A DNA stretch of 52,461 bases from the NCBI GenBank assembly GCA_051439505.1, contig JBFRWI010000072.1, forward strand, positions 1 through 52,461. The letters are read 5' to 3'. The notes under the pieces are model-generated. The model made no database searches, was not told the origin of the DNA, and was given only the letters and a program-made list of their open reading frames with translations. Each line of letters starts with the position of its first letter. Within the stretch, counting starts at the first letter, position 1. This document shows positions 47,683 through 52,461 of this stretch, piece after piece. This DNA is from Hormoscilla sp. (GTDB lineage: Bacteria; Cyanobacteriota; Cyanobacteriia; Cyanobacteriales; Desertifilaceae). The position numbers and the translations under genes are program-made.

Positions 47683-48654
47683 TTAAGCTGACATTTCCAA
47701 CATTCGTTGCATTGGCTTGAGGGCAGCAACCCGAATATCCTCTGGCAACGTAATTTCCGGTGTCCGATTCTTCATCGCCAAATAAAGTTTCTCCAAAGTA
47801 TTCAGCCGCATGTGAGGGCATTCATTACAGGCACAGTTCCCCGTTGCTGGTGCGGGAATAAACTGCTTTTGTGGCATGTGCTTTTCCATTTGATGAAGAA
47901 TTCCGGGTTCAGTCCCGACGATAAATGCCTCGCTCTGACTTTGCTGGCTATACTCAAACAAAGCTTTCGTTGAACCAATGTAATCTGCATGGCGCAAAAC
48001 TGGCTCTTCACATTCCGGATGAGCAATAAATTCTGCTTGAGGATGTTCAATTTTGAGTTGTACGATCTTTTTTTCCGAAAATATTTCATGAACCATACAA
48101 CTCCCGTTCCAAAGGACTAAATCTCGTCCTGTTTGCTCGCTAACATAGCGACCGAGGTTTTTATCAGGAGCGAAAATAATTGGTTGTTCTTTGGGGATTT
48201 GATTAACAATTTTCACTGCATTAGAGCTGGTGCAAATAATATCACTCATTGCTTTAACCGCAGCCGAGCAATTAACGTAACACACAACTAAATGATCGGG
48301 ATGGGCAGCTTTGAAAGCCGCAAATTCTTCCGCAGGACAGCCATCAGCCATAGAGCAACCCGCATCTAAATCAGGTAATAATACCAATTTATCCGGATTA
48401 AGGATTTTGGCTGTTTCTGCCATAAAATGAACTCCAGCAAACACAATCACATCAGCATCTGTAGTAGCTGCTTGCCGAGATAAGCTTAAAGAGTCCCCGA
48501 GATAATCAGCAATGTCTTGAATATCTGGCTCTTGATAATAGTGAACTAAAATAACTGCATTTAGCTCCTTCTTTAGATCTTCAATTGCCCCGAACAGATC
48601 GTCGGGAAAATCGCTCAGGTTATTGTTTGCTTTTTTTGATTCAGTGATAAACAT
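47683..48654 (-). CDS. nadA: Quinolinate synthase
   Basis: LVHYYQ, GDSL, GVHFMAE; three Fe-S Cys (GCSMA, CMVHE, CPHM). Confidence 0.97.
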   Translation of the reverse strand: MFITESKKANNNLSDFPDDLFGAIEDLKKELNAVILVHYYQEPDIQDIADYLGDSLSLSRQAATTDADVIVFAGVHFMAETAKILNPDKLVLLPDLDAGCSMADGCPAEEFAAFKAAHPDHLVVCYVNCSAAVKAMSDIICTSSNAVKIVNQIPKEQPIIFAPDKNLGRYVSEQTGRDLVLWNGSCMVHEIFSEKKIVQLKIEHPQAEFIAHPECEEPVLRHADYIGSTKALFEYSQQSQSEAFIVGTEPGILHQMEKHMPQKQFIPAPATGNCACNECPHMRLNTLEKLYLAMKNRTPEITLPEDIRVAALKPMQRMLEMSA

Positions 48655-48753
48655 TGTTATGGATATTGAATGGGTTTGGGCAAGTTAAAATGAGAAAGTC
48701 TCAAAAGAATCTGTAATACACGCTCACCGGTTCTCCTCGCCTTTAGGCACCGG

Positions 48754-48777
48754 AGCAGTTTGATTAATCAAACTGCT
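48754..48777. promoter_or_regulatory. Perfect 24-bp palindrome 100 bp upstream of nadA
   Basis: AGCAGTTTGATTAATCAAACTGCT. Confidence 0.45.
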
Positions 48778-49063
48778 GCAAACCCTTACAGGGCCGGTAT
48801 TTCTGCCATTGCGTCGAGGTGCTATCTCCCTTATTGAGTGTTTCAGGCTATCCTTTTAATTATACGCTTGATGGGTGCCAAATCTTATGACCGCACGCAA
48901 TAAACTATTTTAGCCTTTTTTATAGCCCTCAATTGTATAGTACAATACTTTTTTCCCGATAAACCGAGGACAGCTAACTAAATCTGCCTTTGGGCGTATC
49001 CTCTTGTGGGGAGAGAAGCTTCGCTCCTGGCGAGTTCCCCATAAATCCCCCTTTTTAAGCTAT

Positions 49064-49228
49064 GCCATAATGGGGCCTCTACCCGTAGCAGCGGGCGAAT
49101 AGCTCAAAGCTAGCCAGTGCTGTGTCCAGACCAACACCGGCATAACAGGCTCCCAGTGTCAGCTGGTAAAGGTCTGTTAACAGGCTGTAATCCGATGGGG
49201 AGATGGTCAGTTGGAGATCTTCCACCAA
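49064..49228 (-). pseudogene. pncB: Third pncB 5' remnant with internal deletion
   Basis: VEDLQLTISPSDYSLLTDLYQLTLGACYAG..SFELFAR is joined through a ccgc microhomology to DNA matching the PLLRVEAPLW segment. Confidence 0.88.
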
Positions 49229-49258
49229 TATCTGCTCCTGAAGGCACTTATCCTTGAA

Positions 49259-49279
49259 TTATAGTATAAGTTACCAAAA
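49259..49279. promoter_or_regulatory. NrtR box 3, between the pncB remnant and nadB
   Basis: TTATAGT-ATAAGTT-ACCAAAA. Confidence 0.78.
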
Positions 49280-49347
49280 GCATGTTAAAGTAGTGTAAAT
49301 TTGAGAAATTAGAGTTCTGAAAAATATTCTCAAATCGGGAGAAAAAA

Positions 49348-50994
49348 TTGCACAAAAAGACATTTGATATTATCGTCGTCGGCTCGGGAGCAGCCGGACT
49401 GTATGCTAGCCTGTGCCTACCAGAATGCTATCGCGTGGCGCTAGTAACTAAAGACAAACTCAGAACCGGTTCGAGTAAATGGGCCCAAGGAGGAATAGCG
49501 GCAGCAATAGCGGACGACGACTCCCCCCAACTGCATCTGGAAGATACATTGAAAGCAGGGGTAGGTTTGTGCGATCGGGCGGCGGTAGAATTTCTGGTAG
49601 AACATGCCCCAGAAGCGATCGCATCCTTGCTAGAACTAGGGGTAGCATTCGATCGCAAAAAGAATAAACTAGCAACAACCCTGGAAGCTGCCCATTCTCG
49701 GTCCCGAGTATTGCATTCTCAAGATACCACCGGACGGGCGATCGTCGATATCCTCACAGCTAGAGTATCGGAACGGCCCAACATAGAGGTATTATCTCAA
49801 GCATTTGCCCTCAGCTTGTGGCAAAACCCCCAAACCCATCATTGTCAAGGTATTAGTCTCCTGTACCAAAATCAAATCCGGTGGCTGAGGGCAAATGCGG
49901 TAATTTTAGCCACCGGTGGGGGCGGTCAAATATTCGCCAAAACCACCAACCCCTCAGTCAGTACCGGGGATGGAGTCGCCCTCGCTTGGCGGGCGGGGGC
50001 AGCAGTGCGGGATTTAGAATTCGTGCAATTTCATCCTACCGCCCTCAGTCAACCGGGTGTACCTCACTTTCTGATTAGCGAAGCGGTTCGAGGGGAGGGG
50101 GCCCATTTGGTAGATGAGTCGGGCAGGCGTTTTGCCTTTGACTACCATCCCCAAGGAGAGTTAGCGCCGCGAGATGTGGTCAGTCGAGCAATTTTCAATC
50201 ATTTAGAAAAAACCGCCTCAGATCCGGCAACGGCTAATGTATATTTAGACTTACGAGCGATCGCCCCCGATCGGGTTCGCTATCGTTTCCCGAATATCAT
50301 CGAAAAATGTCAGCAGTGGGGGATTGATGTTTTCTCCCAACCGATACCAGTAGCGCCTGCCGCTCATTATTGGATGGGAGGAGTAGTAGTAGATTTGATG
50401 AATGCTACTTCTATACCGGGGTTATATGCTATTGGGGAGACTGCCAGTACGGGGGTGCATGGGGCAAATCGTTTGGCGAGCAATTCTTTATTAGAATGTA
50501 TCGTGTTTGCGGCCCAACTGCACGACTTGGAAGTAGAACCAGTTAGCAGCAGCAGCGACGGCGAGTCTTTGACAGTGGAGACTGGAGACTGGAGTGGGGA
50601 AATAGAACTCCTAGAGTTAGTCAGGGAAAAATTGCCAGGGTTAATGTGGCATAGTGCGGGTATTTGTCGAACCCAGGAACTTTTAGAAGAGGCGATCGCT
50701 CATGTTAGTTCCTGGCGTTCTCAGTTGGCTGATTTAGAGATTTGTAAATATATTTTTAATTTATCTGCCACCAACAATATCCAATTTGAGTCCGACATTG
50801 CCTCCCAGCAATTAAAAATTGCTGCAGAAACGATGAATTTGTTAGATATCGGCTATTTAATGCTCAAAAGTGCAGCATTTCGGACAGAAAGTCGGGGGGG
50901 ACATTATCGCAAAGATTATCCTGAAACTGCCGCCAGTTGGGAAGTGCATACTGTAGTAGAGGGCGATCGGATAGAAACTGTACCTGGTTTGTAG
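49348..50994 (+). CDS. nadB: L-aspartate oxidase, canonical copy
   Basis: WAQGGIAA, HSQDTTG, LISEAVRGEG, HGANRLASNSL; TTG start. Confidence 0.96.
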   Translation: MHKKTFDIIVVGSGAAGLYASLCLPECYRVALVTKDKLRTGSSKWAQGGIAAAIADDDSPQLHLEDTLKAGVGLCDRAAVEFLVEHAPEAIASLLELGVAFDRKKNKLATTLEAAHSRSRVLHSQDTTGRAIVDILTARVSERPNIEVLSQAFALSLWQNPQTHHCQGISLLYQNQIRWLRANAVILATGGGGQIFAKTTNPSVSTGDGVALAWRAGAAVRDLEFVQFHPTALSQPGVPHFLISEAVRGEGAHLVDESGRRFAFDYHPQGELAPRDVVSRAIFNHLEKTASDPATANVYLDLRAIAPDRVRYRFPNIIEKCQQWGIDVFSQPIPVAPAAHYWMGGVVVDLMNATSIPGLYAIGETASTGVHGANRLASNSLLECIVFAAQLHDLEVEPVSSSSDGESLTVETGDWSGEIELLELVREKLPGLMWHSAGICRTQELLEEAIAHVSSWRSQLADLEICKYIFNLSATNNIQFESDIASQQLKIAAETMNLLDIGYLMLKSAAFRTESRGGHYRKDYPETAASWEVHTVVEGDRIETVPGL

Positions 50995-51076
50995 TAAACG
51001 CGCTTCGCGTTTGCCGGTTGGTAGTAAACGCGCTTCGCGTTTGCCGGTTGGTAGTAAACGCTTTAGCGTTTGCCGG
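50991..51076. repeat. 30-bp tandem hairpin repeat
   Basis: gtagtaaacgcgcttcgcgtttgccggttg, about 2.8 copies. Confidence 0.85.
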
Positions 51077-51145
51077 CGCTAGCACAGACTAACACCGCCA
51101 TAACAGCCATTATCAGTCTGACTGCCCGCCCGACAGTAACCACCG

Positions 51146-51355
51146 GTGTACGGCAGTACAGACATTTTTCGTCTCCACCGGTCATTTGTGGATGCCGTAC
51201 ACCTACATTAACGATCGCATGGATCCGCCAACGGACGACCACACCCCATTTAGACGTCTATGAGGCCAGTGTACGGCAGTATAGACATTTTTCATCTCCA
51301 CCGGTCATTTGTGGATGCCGTACACCTACATTAACGATCGCATGGATCCGCCAAC
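51146..51355. repeat. Two 87-bp direct repeats (period 123 bp), each folding as a three-way junction
   Basis: Copies at 51146-51232 and 51269-51355; outer stem gtgtacggca/tgccgtacac. Confidence 0.85.
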
Positions 51356-51696
51356 CATCAAGTCTGTATCTACCGGCGATCGCCCAGAATTTCGTTACAA
51401 ACGGTAACAATTATCAGAGTGCTTGCTTTTACTGAATCTAAGGGCTCGATCGCCCAGCTATAGGGCTTATAATCACCGAAATCGACTTGATTTGGGCCTG
51501 ATGACTGACTTAATATAACTTAATAAACTTAGTTTTATGTAGTTTTTTTACATAAAATATTGCAAAAAGTAACAAAAGGTTAATAATCCTATAGTATCGC
51601 TCCCATTCAGGAGCGCAGCCCCTATGATGAAAATATAGAGTTAGCAGTGACTATTTCTAGTCAGAGTCCCAAGTCATTAAAGAAGGAGATGTAGAA

Positions 51697-51831
51697 ATGA
51701 AAATTTCCATGAATGCACTGATGCAATATCTGATGGAAGCCTTCAACGAAATCTTTCGTCCCTTAGGTGAAGACTACCCAGCCATTGGCGTACAACCATT
51801 TGATGGCGATATTTCCAGCCAGTGGGTATAA
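51697..51831 (+). CDS. atpT: Probable AtpTheta (ATP synthase inhibitor small protein), absent from the ORF track
   Basis: MKISMNALMQYLMEAFNEIFRPLGEDYPAIGVQPFDGDISSQWV*; SD aaggag; YPxxGVQPFxGD motif recalled for this family; terminator downstream. Confidence 0.7.
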   Translation: MKISMNALMQYLMEAFNEIFRPLGEDYPAIGVQPFDGDISSQWV

Positions 51832-51920
51832 GAACTGACCGATTTTCCGGCTAGTGGAGAGCGCAGCTAATATGTCCACTAGCTCTAGTTGTTGGCATGA
51901 TAAATACGTTCTGTAAAAAT

Positions 51921-51953
51921 AAAGCCCTGGAAGAGTTCGATTCCAGGGCTTTT
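51921..51953 (+). terminator. Intrinsic terminator after atpT
   Basis: aaagccctggaa-gagttcga-ttccagggcttt followed by a T-rich tail. Confidence 0.75.
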
Positions 51954-52094
51954 GGTTTGTGTTATTGAAAATTGAAAATTGAAAATTGAGCAAGAGTTAA
52001 TTCAGAATAGCTCCATTTTCCGCCATTCGCAATTAGTCCCGTACCATTCGCAAATACCAATGCACAGGTATTTATGAAAATATTAGCTAATGCC

Positions 52095-52255
52095 GGGGTT
52101 GCACAATTAGGGGATGATAGGGGTTGTTGATGGGAGATCCTTGCAGGGTCATATATGCCTATTAATTGCGGTCTTTGTCCAGAACGCCATTAGCCATTAG
52201 CCATTAGCAAAAGGGGAAAATTTATCAAGCATCATCGGTAAAAATGTGCAACGCC
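52095..52255. mobile_element. Degenerate MITE with GGCGTTGCACA-type ends
   Basis: ggggttgcacaattaggggatgat ... atcatcggtaaaaatgtgcaacgcc form an inverted pair; another left end starts at 52317. Confidence 0.55.
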
Positions 52256-52461
52256 GCTAATGCCATAGATGCTTTAGAAGAATCAAATATGGGAAGTGAA
52301 GAGGTAAAGAAAAATCGGCGTTGCACATTTTTGGGATGATAGCAGCCAATTTTTCAACTTTGCTAATGGCTAATTGCTAATTGAAAAGAGTAAAGCTATC
52401 TATTCATGACTATAAATGACGCTCTCAATTAACCATTGACAATAGCGCTCCTGCGTCGCGC

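Noticed and set aside
51146..51232. Hammerhead ribozyme
   Set aside because: It folds as a three-way junction but has no CUGANGA core on either strand.
50991..51355. Possible CRISPR array
   Set aside because: The 30-bp units are contiguous with no spacers, the 87-bp unit occurs only twice and is too long, and no cas genes are present.
51070..51435. 121-aa ORF with internal repeat
   Set aside because: It is a translation of the palindromic DNA repeats, with a TTG start inside another repeat and no SD.
1..52461. HIP1 (GCGATCGC) over-representation; tRNA, rRNA, integrase or transposase genes
   Set aside because: HIP1 is a normal cyanobacterial feature. No tRNA, rRNA, integrase or transposase gene was recognised by eye.

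Overview
Chromosomal window from a cyanobacterium, probably a filamentous Oscillatoriales-type organism: HIP1 GCGATCGC is abundant, heptamer STRR-like tracts are present, and there is an fbp-tal-zwf-opcA operon. Housekeeping blocks (SLH porin, oxidative pentose phosphate operon, 6S RNA, rpsU, CRY-DASH, pncB-nadD-nrtR-nadE, nadB, probable atpT) alternate with three accessory systems. (1) 1-5161: a TPR-CHAT (caspase/separase-like) protease with a hypervariable 40-aa repeat array, followed by a small acidic protein carrying an ExxR-G site and a protein with two C-terminal TM helices. (2) 13526-29751, minus strand, about 16 kb: three tandem TRAFAC-like GTPases, two paralogous large membrane proteins with peptidoglycan-binding-like repeats, a multi-TM FHA-like protein, two vWA proteins, a Zn-ribbon-FHA protein and a pseudokinase-PP2C fusion, with an MNT-HEPN pair inserted. 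It resembles published GTPase/GAP1 conflict systems but differs from them, and several genes carry lesions. (3) 40350-49280: an island inside the NAD locus, punctuated by repeated pncB 5' ends each with an NrtR box. It carries a Cys-rich secreted peptide, a cysteate synthase and a co-oriented nadA - methyltransferase fusion - divergent nadB cassette, a candidate pathway for an N-methyl-pyridine-carboxylate betaine (homarine/trigonelline type). Several MITE/REP-like repeat families are present, one with clear 10-bp target-site duplications. All family calls come from motif recognition by eye; no searches were run.
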